Positions 36,420-46,869 of a stretch of 64,000 bases of DNA are shown piece after piece (positions within the stretch are counted from its first letter, which is position 1; the number at the start of each line of letters is the position of its first letter). The position numbers were made by a program, and so were the translations under genes. This DNA comes from an uncultured Muribaculaceae bacterium (GTDB lineage: Bacteria; Bacteroidota; Bacteroidia; Bacteroidales; UBA932). The stretch lies in NCBI GenBank assembly GCA_964441715.1, contig CAYTYL010000001.1, positions 902 to 64,901 of the forward strand, read 5' to 3'. The notes beneath the pieces were generated by a model. It ran no database searches. It worked only from the letters and a program-made list of their open reading frames with translations, and was not told the origin of the DNA.

Positions 36420-38770
36420 CCGCGTTTTTCCTTGCCGCGCCGGCCGTTGCGCTTCGAGGCCTGAATCGCCGCCTTGACCTTGGCCTTCCTGGCTTCCTTG
36501 TCGCCGTGTCCGGGTTCGGAAGGGCCTGAACGGGCCTCCGCTATGCCGTCCTCGATAAGCTCATAGTCCAGAATCCGCTGGTCAAGGTTGGTGTTTTTCA
36601 CTTTTATCTTCACAGGGTCGCCGAGCCGGTAGACCTTGCCGCTGCGGCGTCCGACGATACGGTAGTGCGCCTCGTCAAATTCGTAGAAGTCGCTCTTTAT
36701 GTCGCGCAGGGGGACCATGCCTTCTATCTTGGTGGGCTCTATCTCCACATACATGCCCCAATCCGTAAGGCTGGATATGTGCCCGTCGTATTCGTTGCCG
36801 ATCTTGTCCTCCATGAACTCGACAAGCTTGTATTTCACGCTGTCCCTTTCGGCGTTGGCGGCAATGACTTCCCTCTCCGAAGCATGGACGCACTGCTGTT
36901 CGTAATAGGCCTTGTCCTGGGACGCGCCCCCGTTAAGGTATATGGAAAGCAGCCTGTGCACCATGGTGTCGGGATAGCGGCGTATGGGAGAGGTGAAATG
37001 GGTGTAGAACCTGAAGGCCAGCCCGTAGTGGCCGATGTTGTCGGTACTGTAGCACGCTTTCGCCATGGAACGCAGCGCAAGATTCTCCAACGCCTGAAAT
37101 TCGGGTTTGTCCTTGGCCTCGGACAGCAGGCCGTTGAGTTCCTTGGCCACTTCCCCTTCCTGGAAGTTGACCTTGTAGCCGAAATTGCCGGCGAAACTGC
37201 TGAGGCCTTCCAGTTTCATGGAATTGGGCTCGTCGTGGATACGGTAGACAAAAGTCTTGGCGTTTTTGCGCGCCTTGCCGTCCATCTTTCCTCCGGTGGC
37301 GACGAACTCGGCGACGGAACGGTTCGCAAGCAGCATGAACTCCTCTATCAGCCAGTTGGCTTCTTTGCTTATCTTCTGATACACTTCCACGGGCTTGCCG
37401 TTTTCATCCACCTTCACCTTCATCTCGGGGCGCTCGAAGCTTATGGCACCGTCGGCGAAACGTTTCCTCCTGAACATGGAAGCGAGATTCCACAACGTGA
37501 GTATCGCCTGCTTCATGTCCGCGGGAATGACGCAGCCGTCATTGATTCCGAACACGTCCGAGTCGCCGGCGCCTTTGCCGTCGGTCCCGCCTTTTATCTC
37601 CATCTGCATGGCCTTGGGCCCCGCATCTATGATCTGCTGCGCCGTTTCGTATGCGAACCTGTAGTCCGAACGTATCACGGTCCGTCCGAACCAGTGCGAG
37701 GCGACCCTTCCTCTCGGAGTGATTTCAAACACCGCCGAGAAGGTCAGCTTTTCTTCATTCGGCCTGAGGGAGCAGAGCTTGTTGGACAGTTTCTCCGGCA
37801 GCATAGGCACAGTCCTGTCCACGAGATAGACCGACGTTCCCCTGGCCTGGGCCTCCTTGTCCACGACCGAACCGGGAGTGACGTACCATGAAACATCGGC
37901 TATGTGCACCCCGACTTCATAGTTGCCGTTGTCCAGAGCCTTGAACGACAGGGCATCGTCGAAGTCCTTGGCATCCGCCGGGTCTATTGTGAACGTGAGA
38001 GTGTCGCGGAAGTCGCGGCGGTTTTTGAGGTCTTCCGCCGTTATCTTGTCGGAAATGCCGTCCGCCGCATTTTCCACTTCGGGCTCGAACCTGTAGGGCA
38101 GACCGTACTCCGCCAGGATGGCATGCATCTCCGTGTCATTCTGCCCCATTTCACCGAGGACATCCACGAGATGGCCGTGCGGATTGGATTCGCCTCTTTT
38201 CCACGAGTCCACGACGGCCGCGACCTTCATCCCGCTTTTCGCCTTCAGTTCGGAACGCTGCCCGTCCACGGTTTCATAGACGCCCTTCACGGAAAACGCC
38301 CCGTCTCCCTCGCGCACAAGGCAGCCCTTGAAGTCGGGGGTTTCTTCCTTGTCCGCAGACTTTCTGCCGCCGTACACCGGTCTGCCGTCCGGACCGAGGA
38401 TGTCTATGCTAATGTCGTAGGGCATGAAACGGCTCTGCATCAGCACCCAGGCCTGATCGCCTACTATGTGCAGCACTCCGATGAAAGGCTTGGAGGAACG
38501 CTCCAGGACCGCCTTTATCTCCCCTTCCTTTCTGCGGCCGCCGGCACCCTGCCTGGTGATGACGAACCTGACCCTGTCACCGTTGAGCGCACCTGCGGTC
38601 TTGGTCGCCTTGACAAACACGTCGTCATCGCGCTCCGCCGCCCCGTCAGGAGTGACGAAAGCATATCCGTCCCTTGTCATGCGTACGGTTCCTTCAGCCT
38701 CCGGCAGGTTCTTTCTGATGTTCTCTTCGGTCTTCTTGATGAAGGAGCCGTTCTTTCTCTTTGCGCTCAT
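36395..38770 (-). CDS. rnr: Ribonuclease R
   Basis: The protein has cold-shock-like N-terminal domains, an RNB core (DPADAKDFDDALS, HYGLAF..YTHFTSPIRRYPD), an S1 domain and a Lys-rich tail. Confidence 0.9.
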   Translation of the reverse strand: MSAKRKNGSFIKKTEENIRKNLPEAEGTVRMTRDGYAFVTPDGAAERDDDVFVKATKTAGALNGDRVRFVITRQGAGGRRKEGEIKAVLERSSKPFIGVLHIVGDQAWVLMQSRFMPYDISIDILGPDGRPVYGGRKSADKEETPDFKGCLVREGDGAFSVKGVYETVDGQRSELKAKSGMKVAAVVDSWKRGESNPHGHLVDVLGEMGQNDTEMHAILAEYGLPYRFEPEVENAADGISDKITAEDLKNRRDFRDTLTFTIDPADAKDFDDALSFKALDNGNYEVGVHIADVSWYVTPGSVVDKEAQARGTSVYLVDRTVPMLPEKLSNKLCSLRPNEEKLTFSAVFEITPRGRVASHWFGRTVIRSDYRFAYETAQQIIDAGPKAMQMEIKGGTDGKGAGDSDVFGINDGCVIPADMKQAILTLWNLASMFRRKRFADGAISFERPEMKVKVDENGKPVEVYQKISKEANWLIEEFMLLANRSVAEFVATGGKMDGKARKNAKTFVYRIHDEPNSMKLEGLSSFAGNFGYKVNFQEGEVAKELNGLLSEAKDKPEFQALENLALRSMAKACYSTDNIGHYGLAFRFYTHFTSPIRRYPDTMVHRLLSIYLNGGASQDKAYYEQQCVHASEREVIAANAERDSVKYKLVEFMEDKIGNEYDGHISSLTDWGMYVEIEPTKIEGMVPLRDIKSDFYEFDEAHYRIVGRRSGKVYRLGDPVKIKVKNTNLDQRILDYELIEDGIAEARSGPSEPGHGDKEARKAKVKAAIQASKRNGRRGKEKRGYKSDKRR

Positions 38771-38807
38771 AGTTATGGATTTACTTTTACGGACTTCAAA
38801 TATTTTC

Positions 38808-38815
38808 TATCTTTG
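38808..38815 (+). promoter_or_regulatory. -7 box TATCTTTG upstream of gpmI
   Basis: TATCTTTG lies at 38808-38815. A minus-strand TACCTTTG box at 38850-38857 could serve rnr. Confidence 0.35.
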
Positions 38816-38885
38816 TCCGGCTTTGAAGAATTCTATATACATTTTCCTGCAAAGGTAGGAAAAAGGACTATAAAAAGACACTTAT

Positions 38886-40412
38886 ATGAAAGAGAAAAAA
38901 GTACTCCTGATGATTCTCGACGGTTGGGGAGAAGGCAGACACGACTACACCAATGCGATTTATTCCCAGGGAGCTCCGTTCATAGATTCCCTCAGGGCGA
39001 AATATCCCTTCAGCCATCTCCAGGCATGTGGAGAATACGTAGGACTGCCGGAGGGCCAGATGGGCAACTCGGAGGTCGGCCACATGAATCTGGGCGCCGG
39101 CAGGGTCATATATCAGGACCTGGTAAGGATCAACATGGCGGCAAGGGAGCACAAGTTCCTTGAAAACAAAGAGATAAAGGCCGTATATGACTACGTGAAG
39201 AAAAGCGGGAAGAAGCTCCACCTCATGGGTCTCACATCTTCGGGAGGCGTCCATTCCTCACTGACGCACGTCTATGAATTCCTGCATGTCGCCAAGGAAT
39301 ACGGGCTGGAGAAAGTGTACGTCCACGCTTTCATGGACGGACGCGACACCGACCCCAGAAGCGGCAAGGGCTTCCTCGAGGATCTGGAGAAGCACATGGC
39401 GGAGACGACAGGAAAAATCGCCACGGTCTGCGGCAGGTTCTACGCGATGGACAGGGACAAACGCTGGAGCCGCCTGAAAGAGGCCTACGACATGCTTGTG
39501 GACGGAAAAGGCGCGAAATTCACTTCGGCGGCCGAAGCCATCCAGGCCTCATACGACGCCGACGTGACCGACGAGTTCGTGAAGCCTATAGTAATCACTG
39601 ACGGAAACGGCGAGCCTCTGGCAAAAATCGAAGAGGGAGATGCCGTCATTTTCTACAATTTCCGCAACGACAGGGCAAGGGAACTCACCTCGGTTCTCAC
39701 CCAGAAAGACATGCCGGAAGAAGGGATGCACACGATTCCGCTGTACTATTGCTGCCTGACTCCCTATGACGCATCCTTCAAGGGCGTCCACGTACTGTTT
39801 GAGAAAGAGCTCGTAGACCAGACCCTCGGAGAGACTGTCTCCAAAGCCGGGAAACACCAGCTGCGCATAGCGGAGACGGAGAAATACGCCCATGTGACGT
39901 TCTTCTTCAACGGCGGAGCGGAAGCGCCCTACGAGAACGAGGACAGGATTCTCGTCGCATCCCCCAAGGTGCCGACATATGACCTCCTGCCGCAGATGAG
40001 CGCACCGGAGGTGGCCGAAAAACTTGTCAACGTCATCAATACCGGAAAAGAAGACCTGATAATCCTCAATTTCGCCAACGGCGACATGGTCGGCCATACC
40101 GGAGTGTACACCTCCGTAACCCAGGCCGTAGCCTGCGTCGACAAGATGGTGGAAAAGGTGGTCAACGCCGCCGTGGCGCAAGACTACGCAGTCATAATAA
40201 CGGCGGACCATGGAAATGCGGACCACGAGGTGAACGACGACGGCACCCCCAACACCCAGCATTCGCTCAATCCGGTGCAGTTCATAGTGGTGAACGCAGG
40301 CGACGAGGTCAAGACCGTCAAGGACGGAGCTCTCTGCAACGTGGCTCCTACCATTCTGAAACTGATGGGCATTCCCGCGCCTCCAAAGATGACCGCGGAG
40401 CCGCTTATCTGA
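38886..40412 (+). CDS. gpmI: 2,3-bisphosphoglycerate-independent phosphoglycerate mutase
   Basis: The protein carries [28 protein letters not shown] and other family motifs over its full length. Confidence 0.9.
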   Translation: MKEKKVLLMILDGWGEGRHDYTNAIYSQGAPFIDSLRAKYPFSHLQACGEYVGLPEGQMGNSEVGHMNLGAGRVIYQDLVRINMAAREHKFLENKEIKAVYDYVKKSGKKLHLMGLTSSGGVHSSLTHVYEFLHVAKEYGLEKVYVHAFMDGRDTDPRSGKGFLEDLEKHMAETTGKIATVCGRFYAMDRDKRWSRLKEAYDMLVDGKGAKFTSAAEAIQASYDADVTDEFVKPIVITDGNGEPLAKIEEGDAVIFYNFRNDRARELTSVLTQKDMPEEGMHTIPLYYCCLTPYDASFKGVHVLFEKELVDQTLGETVSKAGKHQLRIAETEKYAHVTFFFNGGAEAPYENEDRILVASPKVPTYDLLPQMSAPEVAEKLVNVINTGKEDLIILNFANGDMVGHTGVYTSVTQAVACVDKMVEKVVNAAVAQDYAVIITADHGNADHEVNDDGTPNTQHSLNPVQFIVVNAGDEVKTVKDGALCNVAPTILKLMGIPAPPKMTAEPLI

Positions 40413-40454
40413 CCAAATCGGGCCTGACGGGATTTTTTTACTTTGCTTTCGGAT

Positions 40455-42098
40455 ATGAACTTTCTCAGATATGCTTTAGCTTCAGCCGCAGCCGGGCTGT
40501 GCGTCCTCTCCGCAAATGCGCAGAGCAGGGATTTCAGAATCGGCAAATGGACGGAGATAGACAACGCGATTCTCAAGGAACTGGAAAGATCCTATGTGGA
40601 CACGCTTCCGATAGACAGGATGGAAAGCAACGGGATAAAGGCCATGCTGTCAAGCCTGGACCCATATACCGTCTATGTCCCCGAAGAGGAGAACGAGGAC
40701 TTCCAGATGAGCATAGGGAAAACCTACGGCGGAATCGGCGCGGTAATCTACAAGCCTGAGAAGGACGGCTTCGTCTACATAAACGAGCCCTATGCGGGAA
40801 GCCCGGCCCAAAGAGCCGGACTCGTTCCCGGAGATCAGATAATGGAGATCGACGGAGTGTCCACAATCGGACTTGAGACCAAAGAATGCAGCGACAGGAT
40901 GAAGGGCAAACCCGGAACGGAGGTCAAATTCAAGGTCAAGAGAGTCCGCGGCGGCAACGATGAGACCATAACGGTCAAAAGGGAAAGGATACACCTGCCC
41001 GATGTGGAATATGCCGGCATGGTGAACGATACGACAGGATACATCCTGCAGACCGGATTCACCGAAAACGTGTCCGCGGCGGTCAGGGAAGCGGTGCTGA
41101 AGCTTAAAAAAGACGGCATGAAACTGCTGGTGCTCGATTTGCGCAGCAACGGCGGCGGACTGCTCGGTGAAGCGGTGAACATAGTTTCCCTGTTCGTCCC
41201 CAAAGGGTCCACGGTAGTGACGCAGAAAGGGAAGATGGATTCGGAAAGCATCGAGTACAAGACCACCCTCGATCCCATAGACACGGAGACTCCCATGATA
41301 GTGCTGGTGAACGGAGGCACCGCTTCCGCATCGGAAATCATCTCAGGAGCGCTTCAGGACTACGACAGAGCTGTCATCATGGGAAAAAGAACCTACGGAA
41401 AAGGTCTGGTGCAGAGCATCCGTCCGCTTCCGTACAACGGACAGCTGAAAGTCACCACGGCGAGGTACTACACACCGAGCGGACGCTGTGTCCAGGCCAT
41501 CAACTACTCCGAGATGAACGAAGACGGCAGCGTCGCGCACATACCCGACTCGCTCACCCATGAGTTCAAGACCAGAGGAGGAAGGACAGTGAGGGACGGC
41601 GGAGGCATCACTCCGGACATAGAAGTCGCAGATCCTAAATACAGCAGGATAGTGTATTCGCTTGTGCTCGGAGGAATAGTGGAACAGTACGCCCTGGACT
41701 ATGTCATAAGGCATCCGTCCATAGCTCCCGCGGATGAATTCCATTTCAGCGATGAAGAATATCAGGATTTCGTCAGCTTCGCCAAGGACAAGAAGTTCGA
41801 TTCCAGATCGAGTGCAAAGGCACTGTTCGACCAGATGAAGAAAGAGCTGGAGGAAGACGGCATAAGCGAGTCCGTTAAAGATGAGCTGGACGCCCTGGAC
41901 AAGGCCATAGACATAGACAAGGTGGATTTCCTGAACATGAAGAAAAGCGAACTGGTTCCGTTCATCGAAGAGGAAATCGTAGTCCGCTACTATTTTCAGG
42001 AAGCCGGGGTGAAGGTACGCCTGCGCTACGACAGCCAGTTGAAGGAAGCTCTGGCCAAATACGTGCCCCTCGCGTCATCGCCAAAACCAGCTCAGTGA
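40455..42098 (+). CDS. S41-family C-terminal processing peptidase with PDZ domain
   Basis: The protein has a signal peptide, a PDZ domain (GSPAQRAGLVPGDQIMEIDG), the catalytic region GGTASASEI and KRTYGKG. Confidence 0.85.
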   Translation: MNFLRYALASAAAGLCVLSANAQSRDFRIGKWTEIDNAILKELERSYVDTLPIDRMESNGIKAMLSSLDPYTVYVPEEENEDFQMSIGKTYGGIGAVIYKPEKDGFVYINEPYAGSPAQRAGLVPGDQIMEIDGVSTIGLETKECSDRMKGKPGTEVKFKVKRVRGGNDETITVKRERIHLPDVEYAGMVNDTTGYILQTGFTENVSAAVREAVLKLKKDGMKLLVLDLRSNGGGLLGEAVNIVSLFVPKGSTVVTQKGKMDSESIEYKTTLDPIDTETPMIVLVNGGTASASEIISGALQDYDRAVIMGKRTYGKGLVQSIRPLPYNGQLKVTTARYYTPSGRCVQAINYSEMNEDGSVAHIPDSLTHEFKTRGGRTVRDGGGITPDIEVADPKYSRIVYSLVLGGIVEQYALDYVIRHPSIAPADEFHFSDEEYQDFVSFAKDKKFDSRSSAKALFDQMKKELEEDGISESVKDELDALDKAIDIDKVDFLNMKKSELVPFIEEEIVVRYYFQEAGVKVRLRYDSQLKEALAKYVPLASSPKPAQ

Positions 42099-43022
42099 CA
42101 AAGGGTCGCATTTTCTGACGGCTGCCGCTTTCTTTTTTCCGATGGCTTCGTCAAGCCCCGGGAAAAGACGGTAGCCGAGTCTTTTTTCAAGTTCCGCTAT
42201 GGTAATGGCCATTTCCGGCTTTACCTTTCCGACGGAGGCAGGTCTTTTACCGTATTCTTCGTGGTTGAACCAGAATGCACAGCCGATGAACTCGCCCCTT
42301 TCCGGGCTGTCATGCCGACTGTCCGCGGATATGTAGCTCAGCAGGGCCTTGAAATATGCCGACGGCACCGTTACCTTCCTGCCCGACAGGTCGAGGGCGT
42401 ATTCCGATGAGCCTTCCGTCACACAGCCGGTCACGACATAGAGAGTGTCGGATGCGGAAGCCCATTTCCTCACTTTAGTTTCGAGATCCGCCCACAGGCC
42501 GCCGTTGAAATCGTTGTTCTGGGGAGTTATGTTGGTACTGTAGAATGTGGAAGCATTGTTGCGCCTTGTCCCCTGCCTGTCCGCCGACGGGATCTGATGG
42601 CCACGGGAATACCACCGGCCTCCGCCGGCTTTCCTGTAGGCCCTGCCGACATCCTGCTGTTTTTCCGCCGGGAGCAGAGGGTCGAAGGCCCATTCGTCGC
42701 TGCGCCCGACTTTCTCTCCCATGTTCCACATGCTCAGAGGATATGCGACCCACACTGAGACAAGATCCGCATAGCTGTAGCAGAAAGTATAGTTCCGTGT
42801 TCTGACGTTTTCCACATCCATGTAATGACGGAAAACTTCGTATCCGCCGTCCGCCGGAAGCTCCGGCAGTTCCATCCAGCAGCTCCACACGGCCCTGTCC
42901 GGAGATTCGTCCTGAGTCTTTCCGCAGGAATGGAATGAAAATGAAAGATTGATGATAAGGCAGCCCGCAAGCGCGGCCGCAAGTGTCTTGACGCTCAATA
43001 CCAAAAGTTTTTTCAGAAGCAT
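42075..43022 (-). CDS. DNA/RNA non-specific endonuclease (NUC1/Serratia-type)
   Basis: The protein has an SRGHQIPSADR active-site motif followed by NITPQ...FNGG. I chose the start at 43022. The 3' end overlaps the S41 gene by 24 nt. Confidence 0.8.
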   Translation of the reverse strand: MLLKKLLVLSVKTLAAALAGCLIINLSFSFHSCGKTQDESPDRAVWSCWMELPELPADGGYEVFRHYMDVENVRTRNYTFCYSYADLVSVWVAYPLSMWNMGEKVGRSDEWAFDPLLPAEKQQDVGRAYRKAGGGRWYSRGHQIPSADRQGTRRNNASTFYSTNITPQNNDFNGGLWADLETKVRKWASASDTLYVVTGCVTEGSSEYALDLSGRKVTVPSAYFKALLSYISADSRHDSPERGEFIGCAFWFNHEEYGKRPASVGKVKPEMAITIAELEKRLGYRLFPGLDEAIGKKKAAAVRKCDPLSLSWFWR

Positions 43023-43120
43023 GAGTATTCTCCTCCCGGACATTTCCCCGCCCCGCATGCTTCACACTCCGTCAAATGTAAGCAATAATCCTCCTCAAAA
43101 CAATCATCGGCATCCCGTCA

Positions 43121-43177
43121 TAAAAAAATCATGCGGAACCTGCCGCGTCTTGCGACGCACGGCTGATTCCGCATGAT
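43121..43177 (-). terminator. Strong intrinsic terminator after the TonB-dependent receptor gene
   Basis: An 11-bp stem, ATCATGCGGAA (43128-43138) paired with TTCCGCATGAT (43167-43177), is followed on the minus strand by T7. Confidence 0.7.
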
Positions 43178-43248
43178 CGGTTTTGCCGGTTTCCGTCCGT
43201 TTCTTCCGACGATGTCCGCCGGAAGGCTCCGGGCGGAAGCCTCAAGGC

Positions 43249-46200
43249 TTAGAATGAATACTTGGCCGTAAACATCATGTTCCAGGTGGAAGCTGTGCTG
43301 TTGTACTTGCTCCAGGTAGGTTTGGTGAATGTATAGGCGCCGGATCTCGTGTCATACTTCAGAATCTGATCCGAGCTCATGCGCTTGATCGTGCCCCAGT
43401 CGCTGTTGAGCATGTTGGCGACATTGTTGATGTCGACGGCAAGCTGGAGAGCATGGACTTTCTTGCCTACGTTCAGCTTGAAGTCCTGAGCCACCTTGAC
43501 ATTGATTCTGTTTACCCAAGGCATGACTCTCGCGCCCCTTTCGGAGTACTCTCCCCTGTGGTTCTTCAGATACTTGTCGGAGGACAGGAACTGCCGGTAT
43601 GCGGCCTTGTTCTCGGCTGAGCTGAAGTTCATGGAGTTGAGTTCTGCGTCCGTAGGAACATATATCAGGTTGTTGGCACCGCCGTCTCCGGTCACGTTGT
43701 TCATGGTGTAGGAATACCTGGTGTAGGAGTAGTTTCCGACGTAGCCATAATTGTAACCTTCGTAGAAGAGTCCGAGAGTGGTGGCGAGATGTCTGCCCTC
43801 GTCGATACGGTAGCTGACATTTGCAATCACACGGTTAGGAGAAACGTATGTGCCATGGCCGAGTTCAGGAGTCTTGGAGCCTTTCACATTGTAGGTCATG
43901 GTGTTGTAGGCAGAGCTGATCTGGTCGCCTATGCCGTCGGAAAGCGACTTGCTGTCACTTCTGGTGTAGGCTGCCATGAGGGAAAGTCCGAAGGGGAAAT
44001 CCTTCTGCAGCTGTGCGGTAACGGAATAGTACCATCCGTGGACGTCGTTCACATTGTAGATGTAGTACGGATTCACGTTCTGGCGGCGGCTGTTCTTGAG
44101 GTTTTCAGACACCCATGTAGGGCGTGCCTCAGGCTCTCCGGGGAGAGTGATGCCGCTGCCCTCGACTATGCCGAGCTTGTCGACATAGACGGAATTGATG
44201 TCATAATTGTAGATGCCCTCAAGAGTTCCCTTGATTCCCCAGGGGAGTCTTGCATCCAGGGCAAGAGACGTTTTCCATGTGGTAGGCATCTTGAGATTCT
44301 TGGAGAGAACCGTCGCGCCCGTAGGAGCATAGAGATCCTGCGCATGGAAGTTTCCGCCGTAAAGCTCGTTGAGGATGTCGGAAGTGTTGTCATGGAAAGA
44401 CGGAGCTCCGGTTGCCGTGGCACCGGCAGTGCTCGTAGTAGTGATGTACTGGGCCTGCAGGCAGTTGCTGTTGCCGGCCACGGACACAATCCACACGAAA
44501 GGAATTCTTCCGGTGTAGATGCCGCTTCCGCCGCGGAGCACAAGGTTCCTGTTACGGAGAACATCCCAGTTGAAACCGATTCTCGGGGAGACGTTCACGC
44601 GGCCGTGAGGCATGTCGGAAGTCTTGTGTCCGTAGAGAGTGGTGCCGGGAGTTCCGAGAGCCGTGAACTCCTTGTTCTCGTTGTTGTCAAGAGAAGGATA
44701 GAAAGGAAGCTCGAAGCGGATGCCGGCGGTAAGCTTGAAGTAGTCGCTGAAGCTCACTTCGTCCTGGACGTACCAGGAAGCCTGCATGTACTGGAATGAA
44801 GGATATACCTGCTTGAGGTCGTCACGGTTGGAATGCGTGATCGCGAACGCGGCCGGAGCGGCGTTGTTCTTGAAGTCAGCCCATGAATTGTAGACATAGT
44901 ATCCGAGACCGCCCTGCATGAAGCCGTTCTTGGTCTTGTCCCACTCGAACTGGAATCCGCCGACAAGGTTGTGGATGCCTGTACGGTAGTTGACCTCATC
45001 GGTAGCGATTACCGTGTGGACGTCACGAAGGTTGCCGTATGTGAAAGGATCGGGACCGAAAGAGGTGATGACCGCCCTTGTTTCACCGCCGAGCTCGTTG
45101 CCGGCATAGTCATGGGTGATGTCCTCGAGGATGTCCACCGTAGGGAAGTTCTTTCCTACGAAGCTGCGGGGTTCGTCCTGATGTGACCAGGTGACACGGA
45201 GAAGGTTGTTCAGACGTCCGTCAAGGAAGCGTGAGTTGAGCTCTCCGGCAAACGACATGAAGTTCTGCTCCTGATAGTAACGGCTGCTCTCGAAGAACTG
45301 CGCGTAATCGGATGTCCTTCCGTAGCTGTTCCTGTTGTAAGGGTTGGGGGAAAGAGGGTTGACCGATGAAGAAGGCGATGAAGAATACTTGTTCATGGTC
45401 TGGCTGTAGCGGACATTGAGCTTATGGTTGTCGTTTATGTTCCAGTCCACACGGGCAAGCACTTTCCAGTCGGGAGTCTTGAGGGAATAGCCCTCGTATC
45501 TTCCCGGGTTGTAGCCGTATTTTTCAGAAAGGTAGGATTTGACTTCCTCCATGAACGCCTGGGTAGGACGGAGCACGCCGGTGTCGCCTCCGAAGGCCTC
45601 GCTTTCGCTCTGACGCACCCTCTTGGATGAGCCTGGCTGGTTGTCGAGAGCATATTCGAAGTTCACGAAGAAGAACAGCTTGTTCTTGATGATGGGAGCG
45701 CCCACGGTAACTCCGGTGACGTTGTCCAGATAGTCGGTCTTGTTGACCTTCTTGTCGCCCACTTTGTAACCGGTGATTTCATCGGCCTTATAGTAGTTGT
45801 ACACGGAAGCATGAAGCTCGTTGGTACCGCTCTTTGTCACAGCGTTTATGGCACCGCCCGTAAAGCCGGACTGACGCACGTCGAACGGAGTGATGTTTAT
45901 GCTCATCTGCTCGATGGCATCCATGGAGATGGGGGTTCCGCCGGCGGGAAGGTTCGCACCTATGCCGAATGCGTTGTTGAACGCGGCACCGTCCACGGTC
46001 ACGTAGGATGAACGGTAGTTTCCGCCACCCACGGCAAGACCGTTGGAGGTGACCGAAGCCTGAGGAGTCAGCCTGAGGACGTCATTGAGCGCACGGGACG
46101 ATGTAGGGAGAGCCTCCATTGTCTTCTGGCTCACGGCCGTGCCGGCTCCGGAGCGGTCTATGCTCATGCTGGAGGAAGAGGCATCGGCGACGATGACGGT

Positions 46201-46554
46201 AGCATCCAGGCCCATGGACTCCACTTCCAGTGAAGCGTTCACGTTGACCACCTCCGAAAGAGGGGCATATACTTCATTGAATTCCACTTTTCTGTAACCG
46301 AGCATCTCGAAGGTCACATTGTAGGGGCCGCCCGGAGTGATGGAATTGATGCGGTACGCACCATTGGCATCAGTGACGGTGTAGTAGTTCGACCCTGAAG
46401 GGGTGTAGGTAGCGATAACGGCCGCACCCGCGACAGGTCCGTCCGCGTCGACCACACGGCCTGCTATGGACGAAGTCGTCACCTGAGACCATGCAGCTGT
46501 CCCGGCAGTCAGCATAGCGGCTGCAAGAACAAGTCTTTTAAGAACTTTAAACAT
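43249..46554 (-). CDS. TonB-dependent receptor with N-terminal carboxypeptidase-regulatory-like domain (Oar-like)
   Basis: The 1101-aa protein has a signal peptide, a CarboxypepD_reg-like start (SSIAGRVVDADGPVAGAAV...), a plug region and a terminal aromatic residue (KYSF). No SusD-like partner is adjacent. Confidence 0.85.
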   Translation of the reverse strand: MFKVLKRLVLAAAMLTAGTAAWSQVTTSSIAGRVVDADGPVAGAAVIATYTPSGSNYYTVTDANGAYRINSITPGGPYNVTFEMLGYRKVEFNEVYAPLSEVVNVNASLEVESMGLDATVIVADASSSSMSIDRSGAGTAVSQKTMEALPTSSRALNDVLRLTPQASVTSNGLAVGGGNYRSSYVTVDGAAFNNAFGIGANLPAGGTPISMDAIEQMSINITPFDVRQSGFTGGAINAVTKSGTNELHASVYNYYKADEITGYKVGDKKVNKTDYLDNVTGVTVGAPIIKNKLFFFVNFEYALDNQPGSSKRVRQSESEAFGGDTGVLRPTQAFMEEVKSYLSEKYGYNPGRYEGYSLKTPDWKVLARVDWNINDNHKLNVRYSQTMNKYSSSPSSSVNPLSPNPYNRNSYGRTSDYAQFFESSRYYQEQNFMSFAGELNSRFLDGRLNNLLRVTWSHQDEPRSFVGKNFPTVDILEDITHDYAGNELGGETRAVITSFGPDPFTYGNLRDVHTVIATDEVNYRTGIHNLVGGFQFEWDKTKNGFMQGGLGYYVYNSWADFKNNAAPAAFAITHSNRDDLKQVYPSFQYMQASWYVQDEVSFSDYFKLTAGIRFELPFYPSLDNNENKEFTALGTPGTTLYGHKTSDMPHGRVNVSPRIGFNWDVLRNRNLVLRGGSGIYTGRIPFVWIVSVAGNSNCLQAQYITTTSTAGATATGAPSFHDNTSDILNELYGGNFHAQDLYAPTGATVLSKNLKMPTTWKTSLALDARLPWGIKGTLEGIYNYDINSVYVDKLGIVEGSGITLPGEPEARPTWVSENLKNSRRQNVNPYYIYNVNDVHGWYYSVTAQLQKDFPFGLSLMAAYTRSDSKSLSDGIGDQISSAYNTMTYNVKGSKTPELGHGTYVSPNRVIANVSYRIDEGRHLATTLGLFYEGYNYGYVGNYSYTRYSYTMNNVTGDGGANNLIYVPTDAELNSMNFSSAENKAAYRQFLSSDKYLKNHRGEYSERGARVMPWVNRINVKVAQDFKLNVGKKVHALQLAVDINNVANMLNSDWGTIKRMSSDQILKYDTRSGAYTFTKPTWSKYNSTASTWNMMFTAKYSF

Positions 46555-46704
46555 TTTGATAGGTATAGAACGTAATAACTTGCTTCACTGTCTGTAAAAA
46601 AACAGGCGCAAAGATAGACCTATTTTTTGATATATAAAAATTTTAAAAAATGACGCCGCTCTTCGCAATCTTCCGCTTTATGTTCGCCATATCGAAAAAA
46701 ACAC

Positions 46705-46712
46705 TATATTTG
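46705..46712 (+). promoter_or_regulatory. -7 box TATATTTG for the metK leader
   Basis: TATATTTG lies at 46705-46712, about 158 nt upstream of the metK ATG. Confidence 0.45.
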
Positions 46713-46721
46713 CGCCTTGAA

Positions 46722-46770
46722 ATGTGGACAGATTTGATTGCTTGCAACCACGTAAAAAAATGCTAAAAAC
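46722..46770 (+). promoter_or_regulatory. Possible SAM-responsive riboswitch aptamer (SAM-II-like) in the metK leader
   Basis: GUGG (46724-27) can pair with CCAC (46748-51), enclosing GAUUUGAUUGCUUGCAA, and the element is followed by A7-UGCUAAAAA. This resembles my recollection of the SAM-II consensus but is not verified. Confidence 0.3.
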
Positions 46771-46797
46771 TTCATAGTGTTTTTTTGTGTATCATCC

Positions 46798-46825
46798 GCT
46801 CCGCATTTCCGCACGGAGCTTTTTT
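46798..46825 (+). terminator. Leader terminator/attenuator hairpin upstream of metK
   Basis: GCTCCG (46798-46803) pairs with CGGAGC (46814-46819), followed by T6 (46820-46825). It lies 45 nt before the metK ATG. Confidence 0.55.
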
Positions 46826-46869
46826 CGTAAATACGGCAGCTCCATGGACTTTACAAAAACAAAACATCT

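Noticed and set aside
43249-46554. I considered whether the TonB-dependent receptor marks a polysaccharide utilisation locus.
   Set aside because: No SusD-like gene, glycoside hydrolase cluster or hybrid two-component/ECF regulator is adjacent. The receptor is flanked by its own promoter and a strong terminator, and its N-terminal domain is of the Oar/CarboxypepD_reg type.
46765-46785. A weak A/U hairpin (AAAAAC...GTTTTT) in the metK leader could be an additional terminator.
   Set aside because: The stem consists almost only of A-U pairs and is very short. The downstream GCTCCG/CGGAGC hairpin followed by T6 is the credible terminator.
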